Source: Candidatus Delongbacteria bacterium (GTDB taxonomy: Bacteria > CAIWAD01). From it: a stretch of 64,000 nt of DNA. Of this stretch, positions 18,872 to 29,100 are shown in pieces. The number at the start of each line of letters is the position of its first letter. Within the stretch, counting starts at the first letter, position 1. A program made the position numbers and the translations under genes. The stretch lies in the NCBI GenBank assembly GCA_041675285.1, contig JBAYTZ010000007.1, positions 1,480 through 65,479 on the forward strand. The letters run 5' to 3'. The notes beneath the pieces are model-generated. The model searched no databases, was not told the DNA's origin, and was given only the letters and a program-made list of their open reading frames with translations.

Positions 18872-19056
18872 GCTTGCCGGGTGGGCGGTGGGACAGGTGG
18901 CGCCGGCAGGCTGCAGTGAGAGCGGAAGTGGTTGTTGTAGAATGGAATTATGCCCAATGGCGGCAGGGCGCCAGGTGCATCAAAACTGGCCCTGCCTTTG
19001 CATAGAGTTCCCCAGGATTCAACCTGTGACAATAACCCATCGAAGAGGAGTTCCCC

Positions 19057-19752
19057 ATGAAGAAATTGCTGACCCTCGCACTGACGGGCGTCCTGGCCGC
19101 CGCCGCTCTGGCCGTCGAGTCTGAGCCCTCCAACACCGTCGGCTTCATCAGCCGTTCCACCACCGCCGGTTCCTACACGGCCTTCAGCGCTTGCCCCAAG
19201 GGCCTGGGCGTTGACATGCCGGCCGTCAGCGTCCTGGGCACCCAGGGCTTCAACGGCGATCAGATCCTGGCTTATGACGGTGGCTGGCTGACCTACAGCT
19301 ACACGCCGGACAACACCTGGGGCGGCCTGACCCTGGACTACAACGGCATGTACATCTATCGCAACAACCACGGCGCCGCCGCCACCCTGGTCGTCGCGGG
19401 CGACGTCATCCCCGAAGGCACCAACGTGACCTTGGCCACCTTCCCGGGTGCCAATACCTACGTCGGCTTCGGCAACCCCCTGCCCATGGACGTGGATCTG
19501 GACACCAACGACCTGACGCTGGTCGCCGACGGCTTCAACACCGGCGACATCGTCCTGGAGTACAACGGTGGCTGGCTGACCTACGTGTACAGCGGCAGCT
19601 TCGGCTATGACCTGACCGCCGGTCGCTCCTACGTGATGCGCACGGGCGCCGCCTTCACCTGGGACTACACCATCCCCACGGGTGCTGTGGCCACCACGAG
19701 CACGGCTCCGATGAAGGTCGCCAAGGCTGCCACGTCGGTCGAGCTGAACTAA
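19057..19752 (+). CDS. Secreted protein with internal two-fold duplication; unknown function
   Basis: GAGGAG RBS. Signal peptide MKKLLTLALTGVLAAAALA. Two homologous halves (ILAYDGGWLTYSYT... and IVLEYNGGWLTYVYS...). No T9SS CTD. Confidence 0.55.
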   Translation: MKKLLTLALTGVLAAAALAVESEPSNTVGFISRSTTAGSYTAFSACPKGLGVDMPAVSVLGTQGFNGDQILAYDGGWLTYSYTPDNTWGGLTLDYNGMYIYRNNHGAAATLVVAGDVIPEGTNVTLATFPGANTYVGFGNPLPMDVDLDTNDLTLVADGFNTGDIVLEYNGGWLTYVYSGSFGYDLTAGRSYVMRTGAAFTWDYTIPTGAVATTSTAPMKVAKAATSVELN

Positions 19753-19798
19753 GCGCAACTGAAGCAAAAGCATCAATCATAACCCAAGGAGTTTACCC

Positions 19799-20839
19799 AT
19801 GAAGAAGATTCTGCTCGGAACTCTGGCCGTTGTCAGCCTGGCTTCCATCAGCTCGGCCAACCTGCAGCTCAATTTCCCCTCCACGAAGCTCGGCGTCGGC
19901 CCCGAGAACGTGGTGGGCAACGTGTCCGCTGACGCCATGTTGACGGTGGACGGCACGGATGTCGCCCGCGTCCCGGCCAACGTGATCTTCGAAGGCGGCA
20001 GCCCGCTGGCCGTCTCCCTGGTGTGGGCCTACGATTCGGATCCCGCCTACAACCTCGAGTTCCTGATCGGCGAGGAAGGTTCCTTCGTGGCCATCCGCGA
20101 CGTCAAGGTGTACCTGACCAGCTCCTGCGATCCGCCGCAGGTCCTGACCTATTCCCGTGGCGTGAGCAACCAGTATGCCTACAACCTGGGCACTCCCTTC
20201 CCGGGCACGCTGCCGACCTCCATGCCGGTCTTCGCCACCTTGGAGCCCTGCGGTCCGGCTTGCGAGCCTGGCTTCACCTTTGCGCCGGCTGGCTATGATT
20301 TCGGAACGGTGATCACCAATGTTCCGCAGACCACGACCTTCGAAATCTGCAACACGGCTGTTGGTGACTGCCCGCCCATCGGTGGCACGGTGACCGAGAA
20401 TTGCGCCGTCTTCTCCGTTGAGCCCCTGAACTACGTGCTGGCCCCGGGCGAGTGCCAGATCTTCACCGTGACCTTCACGGGCGTCCGTGGTGGACCGACG
20501 GTCTGTGACATCATCACCGACCATGGCGTGTTCACCTGCACTGTGGACGATCAGGTGGCCGGCACCGAGACCCCCGCGGTCTTCGCGCTGGGCGAAGCCT
20601 ATCCGAACCCCTTCAACCCCACCACCACCCTGAGCTACTCGGTGCCCGAGAATCAGGAAGCCGTGCTGAGCGTGTACAACACGAACGGCCAGCTGGTGAA
20701 GACCCTGGTGAACGGCATGGTCGAGCGTGGCGAGCACAAGGTTGTGTTCGACGCCAGCGACCTGGCCTCCGGTGTGTACGTCTACACGCTGAAGACCGCT
20801 TCCCAGAGCGCCATGCACAAGATGGTCCTGGTCAAGTAA
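19799..20839 (+). CDS. Secreted T9SS-CTD protein, paralog A: novel conserved N-domain, then a Cys-rich ASH/choice-of-anchor-like Ig domain, then a Por_Secre_tail C-terminal domain
   Basis: AAGGAG RBS. Signal peptide. N-domain ANLQLNFPSTKLGVGPENVVGNVSADAMLTVDG...SLVWAYDSD. Central YDFGTV...CN..G.CP...ENCAVFSVEP...GECQ motif. C-terminus NPFNPTTTLSYSVPENQEAVLSVYNTNGQLVKTLVNG...GVYVYTLKT matches the type-A T9SS CTD. Confidence 0.7.
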   Translation: MKKILLGTLAVVSLASISSANLQLNFPSTKLGVGPENVVGNVSADAMLTVDGTDVARVPANVIFEGGSPLAVSLVWAYDSDPAYNLEFLIGEEGSFVAIRDVKVYLTSSCDPPQVLTYSRGVSNQYAYNLGTPFPGTLPTSMPVFATLEPCGPACEPGFTFAPAGYDFGTVITNVPQTTTFEICNTAVGDCPPIGGTVTENCAVFSVEPLNYVLAPGECQIFTVTFTGVRGGPTVCDIITDHGVFTCTVDDQVAGTETPAVFALGEAYPNPFNPTTTLSYSVPENQEAVLSVYNTNGQLVKTLVNGMVERGEHKVVFDASDLASGVYVYTLKTASQSAMHKMVLVK

Positions 20840-20864
20840 GCTGCTTCACAGCCTGCTGATCCTG

Positions 20865-20896
20865 CGCCCCCCGCTTCGGCGGGGGGCGCTTTTTGT
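20865..20896 (+). terminator. Rho-independent terminator
   Basis: GCGCCCCCCG-cttcg-GCGGGGGGCGC followed by TTTTTG. Confidence 0.8.
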
Positions 20897-21043
20897 AGTG
20901 TGGTCGTAGTTGTGTTGGACGGAGCATTGACGGCACGCCGCTTCAGTTATCGAATGATTGGCCTTGTAATTGCTGCTGTTTCCGTAACCCAAGAGGGCTT
21001 TGCCCCAAGTGGATAAGCTCAACCTGTAGCAAGGAGACAAGAG

Positions 21044-22066
21044 ATGAAGCATGTGCTCGCAGCCTTGGCGCTATGCAGTTTGGCCACGACCAGTTCGGCC
21101 AACCTGCAGCTCAGTTTCCCCTCCACGAAGCTCGGCGTCGGCCCCGAGAACGTGGTGGGCAACGTGTCCGCCGACGCCATGTTGACGGTGGACGGCACGG
21201 ACGTCGCCCGCATCCCGGCCAACGTGATTTTCGAAGGCGGCAGCCCGCTGGCCGTCTCCCTGGTGTGGGCCTACGATTCGGACGCCACCTACAACCTCGA
21301 GTTCCTGATCGGCGAAGAGGGTGCCTTCGTGGCCATCCGCGACGTCAAAGTGTACCTGACCTGCCCGCACTACACAAATTATGTGTTCACGTATGCTCGT
21401 GGCGCAAATAATCAGTACGCTTACAACCTTGGAACTCCCTTCCCAGGCACCCTGCCGACCTCCATGCCGGTCTTCGCCACCCTCATGTGCGATCCGTTCC
21501 CGATCTGTGGCGTTGATGTCACCAGCCTTGACTTTGGCACCGTGTACAATCCTGCCCCCGTGCAGCAGAGCTTCCAGGTTTGCAACGTCGGTGGCGACAT
21601 CCTGGTGGGCACCGTGACCGAGAGCTGCCCGGCCTTCAGTATCGTAGCCGGCGCTGACTTTTTGCTGGCCGCTGGCGAGTGCCAGAGCGTCCTGGTCGAG
21701 TTCGTCGGCGACCACTCCGGCCCGATCGTCTGCGACCTGCTGCTGGGCGACTGCACCGTGACCTGCATCGTGAACGACATCGTGGCCGGCACCGAGACCC
21801 CCGCGGTCTTCGCGCTGTCCGAAGCCTATCCGAACCCCTTCAACCCCACCACGACCCTGAGCTACTCGGTTCCCGAGAATCAGGAAGCCGTGCTGAGCGT
21901 GTACAACACGAACGGCCAGCTGGTGAAGACCCTGGTGAACGGCATGGTCGAGCGTGGCGAGCACAAGGTTGTGTTCGACGCCAGCGACCTGGCATCCGGT
22001 GTGTACGTCTACACGCTGAAGACCGCTTCCCAGAGCGCCATGCACAAGATGGTCCTGGTCAAGTAA
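21044..22066 (+). CDS. Secreted T9SS-CTD protein, paralog B; mosaic relative to paralog A
   Basis: AAGGAGA RBS. The N-domain is ~95% nt-identical to paralog A (21097-21360 vs 19853-20116). The C-terminal ~280 nt plus terminator are identical to A. The central ~150 codons are divergent. Confidence 0.7.
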   Translation: MKHVLAALALCSLATTSSANLQLSFPSTKLGVGPENVVGNVSADAMLTVDGTDVARIPANVIFEGGSPLAVSLVWAYDSDATYNLEFLIGEEGAFVAIRDVKVYLTCPHYTNYVFTYARGANNQYAYNLGTPFPGTLPTSMPVFATLMCDPFPICGVDVTSLDFGTVYNPAPVQQSFQVCNVGGDILVGTVTESCPAFSIVAGADFLLAAGECQSVLVEFVGDHSGPIVCDLLLGDCTVTCIVNDIVAGTETPAVFALSEAYPNPFNPTTTLSYSVPENQEAVLSVYNTNGQLVKTLVNGMVERGEHKVVFDASDLASGVYVYTLKTASQSAMHKMVLVK

Positions 22067-22090
22067 GCTGCTTCACAGCCTGCTGATCCT

Positions 22091-22122
22091 GCGCCCCCCG
22101 CTTTGGCGGGGGGCGCTTTTTT
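22091..22122 (+). terminator. Rho-independent terminator (near-identical copy of the one at 20865)
   Basis: GCGCCCCCCG-ctttg-GCGGGGGGCGC followed by TTTTTTG. Confidence 0.8.
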
Positions 22123-22346
22123 GTGGCTGCTCGAGTTTGTCCGCCCCCGTTGCCCGTTGTCAACGGTCAGCTGTCCACTTGATCTGACAGAGTCGGGGCG
22201 CATTTCCTGACCCGCAGGATTCGGCTTGTGACCGGCACTTCCTGGTCCTATGTTGCGCCCGCCTACCTGGAAGTCCATCACCGTTAGACGCGCTGGCCAC
22301 TGGGCATGAGTCGATCCTATGTTCGTGTCGCCGGCAGGGGGGGACC

Positions 22347-23366
22347 ATGAAGAGTTGGAGTCTGTGGCTTGTGCTGCTGCTTGGGCTTGGTCTGGACAGC
22401 CGGGCCAACGTGCAGTTCAGCTTCCCGGTCGCGCGGCTGGGAACGGGACCCTACAACACCGTCCAAAACCTGAGTGCGGACGCCATTCTCGTGGTGGATG
22501 GCGTGGAAATCGCCGGGCGCCTGCCTGCCAACCAGATTTTCCAAGGGGGCAGTCCGGAGCAGGTGTCCTTGGTTTGGGCCTATGACAGCGACTTCGCGGA
22601 GTGGCTCGAGGGTGACGGTGCGCTGGTGCAACTGCGCAACATCCGCCTGACGCTCACCTGCCCGGACGGCAGCAACTCCCTCAGCCAGACCTGCGGGAGC
22701 AGTCCCATCCTCTACGAGCTAGGGTCCCATACCTGGTTTACGCAGTCCTGTCCGCCGCAAACCTTTCCAACCCTGGTATGTGGCTGCACGGGGCAATTGG
22801 CGCTTGCACCCTCCACGCTGGACTTTGGACGCGTCGGGCAGGCCGACCCGGTCAGCATGTCCTTCTGGATCTGCAATCCGGGACCCGTGGCCTGTCCACC
22901 GGTGGCGGGAAGCCTGGTGGCGGAATGCCCGGCCTTTTCCGTTTTCCCGGAAGAGTATCTGGTGCCAGGAGATTCCTGTCAGGAGGTGGTAGTCACCTTT
23001 GTCGGCAGCCATGCGGGTCCAACGAGTTGTGAAATCGTGACAACGCACGGTGTGGTGACCTGCGTCGTGGACGACGAAGTGGCTGCGACGGAAGGGCCCG
23101 CCGGGTTTGGGTTGGGCGAGGCCGTTCCCAATCCCTTCAACCCCACCACGACCCTGAGCTACTCGGTACCGGAGACCGAAGTCGTCACGCTGAAGGTGTA
23201 CAACACGCAGGGCCAGTTGGTGAGGACCCTGGTGAACGGCCTGGTGGAGCGAGGCGAGCACAAGGTGGTGTTCGACGCCGCTGAGCTGGCCTCCGGCGTC
23301 TACGTAAGCACGCTGACCTCGGCGACCCGGAGCGCCGCCGCGCGCAAACTGCTCTTAGTCAAGTAG
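22347..23366 (+). CDS. Secreted T9SS-CTD protein, paralog C (more diverged)
   Basis: Signal peptide. N-domain ANVQFSFPVARLGTGPYNTVQNLSADAILVVDG...VSLVWAYDSD. Central LDFGRV...CNPGPVACPP...ECPAFSVFP...GDSCQ domain. CTD NPFNPTTTLSYSVPETEVVTLKVYNTQGQLVRTLVNG. Confidence 0.65.
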   Translation: MKSWSLWLVLLLGLGLDSRANVQFSFPVARLGTGPYNTVQNLSADAILVVDGVEIAGRLPANQIFQGGSPEQVSLVWAYDSDFAEWLEGDGALVQLRNIRLTLTCPDGSNSLSQTCGSSPILYELGSHTWFTQSCPPQTFPTLVCGCTGQLALAPSTLDFGRVGQADPVSMSFWICNPGPVACPPVAGSLVAECPAFSVFPEEYLVPGDSCQEVVVTFVGSHAGPTSCEIVTTHGVVTCVVDDEVAATEGPAGFGLGEAVPNPFNPTTTLSYSVPETEVVTLKVYNTQGQLVRTLVNGLVERGEHKVVFDAAELASGVYVSTLTSATRSAAARKLLLVK

Positions 23367-23394
23367 GCGCCATCCCAACGCTGTCGAAACCGAA

Positions 23395-23419
23395 GCGCCC
23401 TCCCTCGGGGGGCGTTTTC
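23395..23419 (+). terminator. Rho-independent terminator
   Basis: GCGCCCTCCC-tc-GGGGGGCG followed by TTTTCG. Confidence 0.6.
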
Positions 23420-23609
23420 GCTCTGGCCGGATGACGCCGGCGTCTGCGCAGGCCCCCTGACCGCGGTGGACGGCGGGTTGTGCGGGTGCGGGTGCAGGGA
23501 TTCCGCGACCGCGCCTGACGGGTAGAGCGGGGCGACTTGGCTGGTGCGGCTGCGGCGAGAGTGCTTCCTTGCCGGCGCAGGGATTTCACGATGAGCGGGA
23601 GGAACGGCG

Positions 23610-24350
23610 ATGCGCATTCGACTGGGATGGCTGGGCCTGGGGCTGTGGGCGGCCAGCGCGCAGGCCAATCTGCAATTGAATTTCCCGCTGGAGCGCCTGG
23701 GCACGGGGGACTACAACGGCGTCGAGTTCCTGTCGGCGGACGCCCTGCTGGAGGTGGACGGCGTCGCCGTGGTCCGGCTGGCCGCCAATCAGCGGGTCGT
23801 GGGCGGCAGCCCGGTGATGGTGGGGCTGATCTGGGCCTATGATTCCGATCCCGCCCACCAGCTGGAAGAGCTGCTGAACCAGGGCGCCAGCGTGGTGCTG
23901 CGCGACGTCCAGCTGCGCCTGAGCTGCCCGGCCGGCAGCCCCGTCCTGAGCTGGTCCCGGGGCGTCAACTTCGCCTACCCCTACCAGCTCGGCACGCCCT
24001 TTCCCGTCAACCTGCCCGCCGCCATGCCTGTCTTCGACACCCTGGATTGTGACACGGCCCTGGAGGAGGGCGCCGCGCCCCAGGCCCTGAGCTTCGCCCT
24101 GGGGGAGGCCCAGCCCAACCCCTTCAACCCGACGACCAGTCTCAGTTACACGCTGCCCGCCAGCCAGGATGTCACTCTGCGAGTCTACAACCCCGGCGGC
24201 CAACTGGTGCGCACGCTGGCCCAGGGCCGGATGCCGCGCGGTGTCCACAACGTTCTGTTCGACGCCTCCCGGCTGGCCTCGGGCCTCTACTTGTGCCGGC
24301 TGGAATCCGACGGCCGGGCGGTCACGCGCAAGATCCTCTATCTGAAGTAG
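23610..24350 (+). CDS. Secreted T9SS-CTD protein, paralog D (short form lacking the central Ig-like domain)
   Basis: N-domain ANLQLNFPLERLGTGDYNGVEFLSADALLEVDG...GLIWAYDSD and the shared YQLGTPFPVNLPAAMPVFDTL motif, directly followed by the CTD NPFNPTTSLSYTLPASQDVTLRVYNPGGQLVRTL. Confidence 0.6.
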   Translation: MRIRLGWLGLGLWAASAQANLQLNFPLERLGTGDYNGVEFLSADALLEVDGVAVVRLAANQRVVGGSPVMVGLIWAYDSDPAHQLEELLNQGASVVLRDVQLRLSCPAGSPVLSWSRGVNFAYPYQLGTPFPVNLPAAMPVFDTLDCDTALEEGAAPQALSFALGEAQPNPFNPTTSLSYTLPASQDVTLRVYNPGGQLVRTLAQGRMPRGVHNVLFDASRLASGLYLCRLESDGRAVTRKILYLK

Positions 24351-24416
24351 GCTGGCGCGTCCCCCGGCGGGGCCGGTTCGCAAAGCCGCGCCAGTCCGTC
24401 CTAACCGCACAAAAAG

Positions 24417-24452
24417 AACCGGCCCCCTGCTTGCGCAGGGGGCCGGTTTGCA
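24417..24452. terminator. Bidirectional rho-independent terminator between convergent genes
   Basis: CAAAAAGAA-CCGGCCCCCTG-cttgcgc-AGGGGGCCGG-TTTG. A-tract upstream and T-tract downstream allow termination for both the + gene ending at 24350 and the - gene ending at 24473. Confidence 0.7.
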
Positions 24453-24472
24453 GTTGGCGCAGGCCGGGAGTC

Positions 24473-26116
24473 TTACTTCTCGGCGGTCACCACGTAGAAG
24501 GCGCGGCCGGTGGCCGGCAGGGTCACGGTGGTGTTGGTGGTGGTGGTCTCCAGCGTGGCCGGGGCGGGATAGCCGTCGATCTGGCTGTAGACGCGATAGC
24601 CCGTGGCCAGCGGCACGGCCGTCCAGCTCAGGGTCACCTGGCCGCTGGAGTAGACGATCTCCAGGTTGGGCGGGCAGAACCAGTCGTCCCAGGCGGTGGG
24701 CGGCAGGGTCATGTTGGGCGTGGCATCATCCAACGTGAAGGGCCGGTTGGTGATGTTGTCCTCCCAGTTCCAGGTGCTGCCGTCGGTGGTGAAGGCCGTC
24801 TTGTACTCCACGTCGAAGACGGAGCCGGCGGGGAAGGTCACGTCCGCTTCCCAGACGCCGTCCAGGTCGGCATCCGTCATGGGCATGCTGCCGGCCGTCC
24901 AGTCCAGCGGGGCCACGTTGCCCTGCAGGGAGACGCCGCTCACGGTGCCGATGCAGTTCATGTCCTGGCTGAAGTGCGCCGTGATGGGCACCGTGGTGCC
25001 CGCGGGCGGGACGTAGTTGCTGAAGAAGGCGTTGGGCAGGGCGGTGAAGCCGGGGGCCATGCAGAGCCGGCGATTGACGCCGTCCTCATAGGTCCAGGCC
25101 GTGCCGTCCGCACTCTTGAGGAATTTGTACTCCAGCGTGTTCAAGGTGCCGGCCGGGAAGATCACCATGCCCGAGAACAGGCCGGGATGGCCCACGTCGC
25201 TCAAGGCCAGGGTCGTATCCCAGTTGAGCGGGGCGCGCGTGCCGCGGATGCCCACGCCGCCGGCGTAGCTGGCGGGATCCTGGTGCTGCAGGTCCACGGC
25301 GAAGATCACCATGGCGTTGGCGCCCAGGGGAGCCTCGACGCAGGGGCACTCGGCTTCGTCGTTCCAGTAGCCGCTGTATTCGCCGGTGGTGGCGCCGGAG
25401 GGCACGGTGAACTCGCGGTTGGCGAAGGGACCGCCGGGCAGGCTTTCCCAGTCGGTGCCGTTGCGGAACTTGAACTCGATGGTCAGGGCGGAACCCGCCG
25501 GCCAGACGATGTCGGTGGCGTAGACGCGCGGGCTGACTTGGGTCATGGCCTGGTAGACCCAGCCGTTGAAGGAGCCGGAGATGCCGGGGCCCTGGCCGTT
25601 GTTGGTGACACAGTGGAAGTCGCCCACCACGTGCAGGGTGAAGTCCTCGGTGGTGGCGTTCTCCACCAGGTAGAAGGCCGGGGAGGCGGCGTTGAAGGTC
25701 GCCTCGGGGCTGCCCGGACGCGCCGTAAAGGCCGCCGCGCCGTCCACGTCGGCGAACTCGCAGTAGAAGAACACGCTGTCGCCGCTCAGGGCCGCCATGG
25801 GGATGTCGGCGAAATGCTCGTCCAGGGGATCGTAGCAGTCGCCGATGTTCAGCTGCATGGGCACGCTGGAGTAGGTGGTTTCGCCCTGGGCGCGGTAGAA
25901 CAGGGTCTTGGTCACGTCGGCGCATTCGGTGCTGTCACACGCACCCGAGCAGCCGGTTTTCAGGTAGCGGGCGTAGACCCGGACGTCGGCGCTGTTGGGC
26001 ACCGTGTCGCCGGACTCCTGCCACTGCAAGTAGCTCTGCTCCACCAGGGCCGCGGCGGGCTGGGCCAGCAGGGCCAGCAGGGCGGCGACGGCGGAAAGTC
26101 GGGGAAAGAGTTTCAT
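24473..26116 (-). CDS. Secreted protein with three CBM20-like starch-binding modules and a C-terminal FN3-like domain
   Basis: AAGAGG RBS. Signal peptide MKLFPRLSAVAALLALLAQPAAA. Three modules ending in the CBM20 hallmark (W...EFKF/EYKF...W..E...NR.FT.P), e.g. IEFKFRNGTDWESLPGGPFANREFTVP. C-terminal VTLSWTAVPLATGYRVYSQ...FYVVTAEK. Confidence 0.6.
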   Translation of the reverse strand: MKLFPRLSAVAALLALLAQPAAALVEQSYLQWQESGDTVPNSADVRVYARYLKTGCSGACDSTECADVTKTLFYRAQGETTYSSVPMQLNIGDCYDPLDEHFADIPMAALSGDSVFFYCEFADVDGAAAFTARPGSPEATFNAASPAFYLVENATTEDFTLHVVGDFHCVTNNGQGPGISGSFNGWVYQAMTQVSPRVYATDIVWPAGSALTIEFKFRNGTDWESLPGGPFANREFTVPSGATTGEYSGYWNDEAECPCVEAPLGANAMVIFAVDLQHQDPASYAGGVGIRGTRAPLNWDTTLALSDVGHPGLFSGMVIFPAGTLNTLEYKFLKSADGTAWTYEDGVNRRLCMAPGFTALPNAFFSNYVPPAGTTVPITAHFSQDMNCIGTVSGVSLQGNVAPLDWTAGSMPMTDADLDGVWEADVTFPAGSVFDVEYKTAFTTDGSTWNWEDNITNRPFTLDDATPNMTLPPTAWDDWFCPPNLEIVYSSGQVTLSWTAVPLATGYRVYSQIDGYPAPATLETTTTNTTVTLPATGRAFYVVTAEK

Positions 26117-29100
26117 CGAAGACCTCTTGAATTGGGTTGCGATTGGGTGTTGCCTGCCCGCACGACGAAGAAGCCGCTCGTGCCGGAGGGCGGGAGGATG
26201 AATTCGCTGGCGGGCGTCTCCGCCAGGGGGGTGGGCCCGGGCTCGTCCCAGGGCGCCGCGAGAGCGTAGATCCGATAGCTGAGGGCGCCGGCCACGGGCT
26301 CCCAGTCCAGCTTGAGCGTGCCGTCGGCGAGCAGCGTGACGCTGACCAGCGGCGCGGCCGGGGCTGTGGGCACGGGATTGTTGGGCGCCACGCCCATCCG
26401 GGGCATGGGTCCGTCCATGGGCGGCTGGGTGAAGGTGAACCAATTGCCGTAGGTGACGTTGGTCCCCACCGGATTGGCCTGGGGCCAGGCCAGCACGGTG
26501 ACCTGGCTGGCTTCCTGGGTGAAGCCCGCGCAGAGCGCCAGCTGGGTCGGGTTGCCTAGCTCGCTCCAGGGAATGCGCAGCTCGGTCAGCAGATTTCCGC
26601 TCCAGCCCTCGTAGCTGCTGCCCGAGTGGCTGCCGAAGGCCATGTAGGTCCAGGCCGCCCCCGTCCAGTGGTTGATCTGCATGCTGTTGCCGCCGCCTTC
26701 CACAGCGACGGAGTACTCGGGCCGGCGCGCGCTGCTGAAGCCGATCCGGCTCCAGGAGTCGCGCGGGGCGCCGCTGCCGGCCACGCCGTCCGTGTCCAGG
26801 TGGACGAAGAAATCGCCCGTGGCCAGGTTGCGGCCCCGGAAGGCCAGGTAGAGCGCCTGGGCGTCCCAGGTGAGGAAGAGGCTGTCCGCCCGATTCTCCA
26901 GCAGTTCCGTGGCGCGGATGAAGTCTTGCGCGCCATCCACCAGGGGCGTGTGCGGCGTGAGCCCGTTGGGCACGGCGAAGAGCGCCGTGTCGTGGGCCGG
27001 GTCCACGAGGTTGCCCGCCAGATCGGTCACGCCCGTGGCCGTGATGCTGCCGCCCACCCCGCCGGAGAGGCCGGCCAGCCGCAGGTGCACGCGCCGGGTC
27101 CAGGCCTGACGCTCCGCCGAGAGGATGCTGACGCCGCCGGGGAAGCCGCTCAGGCTCCAGTGGGCCGGGTTCTCCGCGCTGGCCTCGTCCACGGCTTCGC
27201 TGAAGTCCAGCACGGCCAGGTCGGGCGCCAGCCAGGGGGCGCTGTCCGCCAGCTCGGGACCCTTCACGTCCAGGTCTGTCAGCGCCAGGGACACCAGTTC
27301 CGGCACCTGACCCTGCGCGTCGGGAGCCGTGCTGCGCCCGGCGTAGAACAGGAAGCGGAAGCGGCCGTCGCCCTTGATCTCATCTCCCTTGACCAGCGTG
27401 CCCTGGAAATCACCGGCGTGCTGCGCGCCGCCGTTGCCCAGCACCAGGGCCGCCGTCCAGCCCGTGGTGGTGTTGCGCTGGCCCAGCCAGTCGCTCTGCG
27501 GCCAGGCGGCGCCGGGATCCCAGAGCCGCGTGGTGGAGCCGTTCCAGAGCAGATCCAGGTAGTCCGGCGTGAAACCGCTCTTGACGAGGGTCTCGCTGGG
27601 CGTGTCGTAGTCGCAGGTGATGAAAGGTTCGCCGGCGCGCAGGCTGAAGGTCTTCACCAGGCCCGAGGCGTGGCTGAGACGCACGCGCGCGAAGCCCACG
27701 CCGACGGAATCCACGCTCAGGGCGTAGGGATCGTTCTCCAGCAGCGGACTGACATCGCTGAACGCGGCCACGTGGTTGTTGGAGGAGCCGTCGTTGAAGT
27801 CGCCCTCGGTGTCCACCCAGTAGGCGCTGCAGCTGCCCACCAGGCTGGCGGCGTCCGTGGAATCCTTGGCGAAGATCCAGGGCGCGCGGCCGCCGGCGGG
27901 CTCGAAGACGGCCAGCACGCGGTCGCTGTGCAGGACCAGTTCCTCCACGCCGTCGGCGTCCACGTCCGCCAGCTGGGCGCCCGTGCCCTGCCAGGCCTGC
28001 CCGCCCCACCAGCGGCCCGCCTCGGCGTAGACGCGGGCGTTCTTGATATGGGAGGAATAGCGGTGGATCCAGCCGCTGATCTCGCCGCCGTCGTGCCAGC
28101 CCGTCTCGTAGACGTTGGTCATCAGCACGTACCAGGCCAGGGTGGAGAGCTTGTTGTCCGGGTTGCCCATCAGCCAGCTCCAGGCGTCGTTCCAGGCCTG
28201 GCCGTAGTTCCACTGCGGCACGTGCTGGTCGCTGTGCGCGGGCGCGCCGGCGAAGTGCCCGTACCACGAATTGGCCGTGCCGGGACTGAGCCAGTCGCTG
28301 CCGTAGCCGCCGCGTCCACCCAGCAGGCCGTAGGTGCCGTTCTGCAGGTTGATGGCCCCGCCGCCGAAACCGCCCAGGGCGGCGTCGAGCTTCATGGACT
28401 CCACGGAGCCGCCGCTGGCGGCGATCTGCTGCACGAGCCAGATCATGTTGTTGAGCGCGCTGGGGAACTGCCCGGCGAAGCCCGCCACCTCCGCGGCCAC
28501 CTCCCAGTCCGTGCCGTAGACCAGCAGCTCGTCCGGCGAGGTGCCCAGGATCATGTTCCAGGCCGCGCCGGCGTCGTGGTGGCAGTTGCCCGTGAACGAG
28601 CCGTTGATGGGGATGACGTTCAAGTCACCCTGGCCGGGCACGGGGATGGTGTAGATGTGGCGGTCGTTGGCCCAGTTGTTCTGGTAGTCGCAGTGCTCCT
28701 CCTGGTCCAGCAGGACGCCGTAGACGCCGTGGGGCAGCCAGTCGTCGCCGATCCAGTCCAGCACGTGGGCGGCGGTGTTCCAGGGGTTGCCGTCGTTGTC
28801 CTCGGGGCTGACCCAGACGCGCTCGGGCACCCAGGCCACGTGGGGCGTGTAGCCGTAGCGCCAGGCGGTCATCTGGCTGTGGGTGTGGACGGCCCAGTCG
28901 TTCATGCTGTCCTGGACGAAGGGCATGATATGCTGGGCGTAGGCGCTGGTGAGCATGCCGGCCCAGCCCTCGGTCACGCCGCGGGCCAGCCAGTCGTTCC
29001 AGCCCTCCACCGTGCCGTCCGGGTAGTACCACTGGGCCGCGCTCTGCAGCGGGCCGCTGACGTGGAAGTTGCCGGGCACGTCGAGCACGTCGTGCAGGCC

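Noticed and set aside
18405-19056. tRNA or tmRNA in the long non-coding regions (also checked 5221-6188)
   Set aside because: Looked by eye for T-arm (GGTTCGAATCC-like) and acceptor/CCA features. Only generic hairpins were found, with none having tRNA geometry. An Rfam/tRNAscan run is still advisable.
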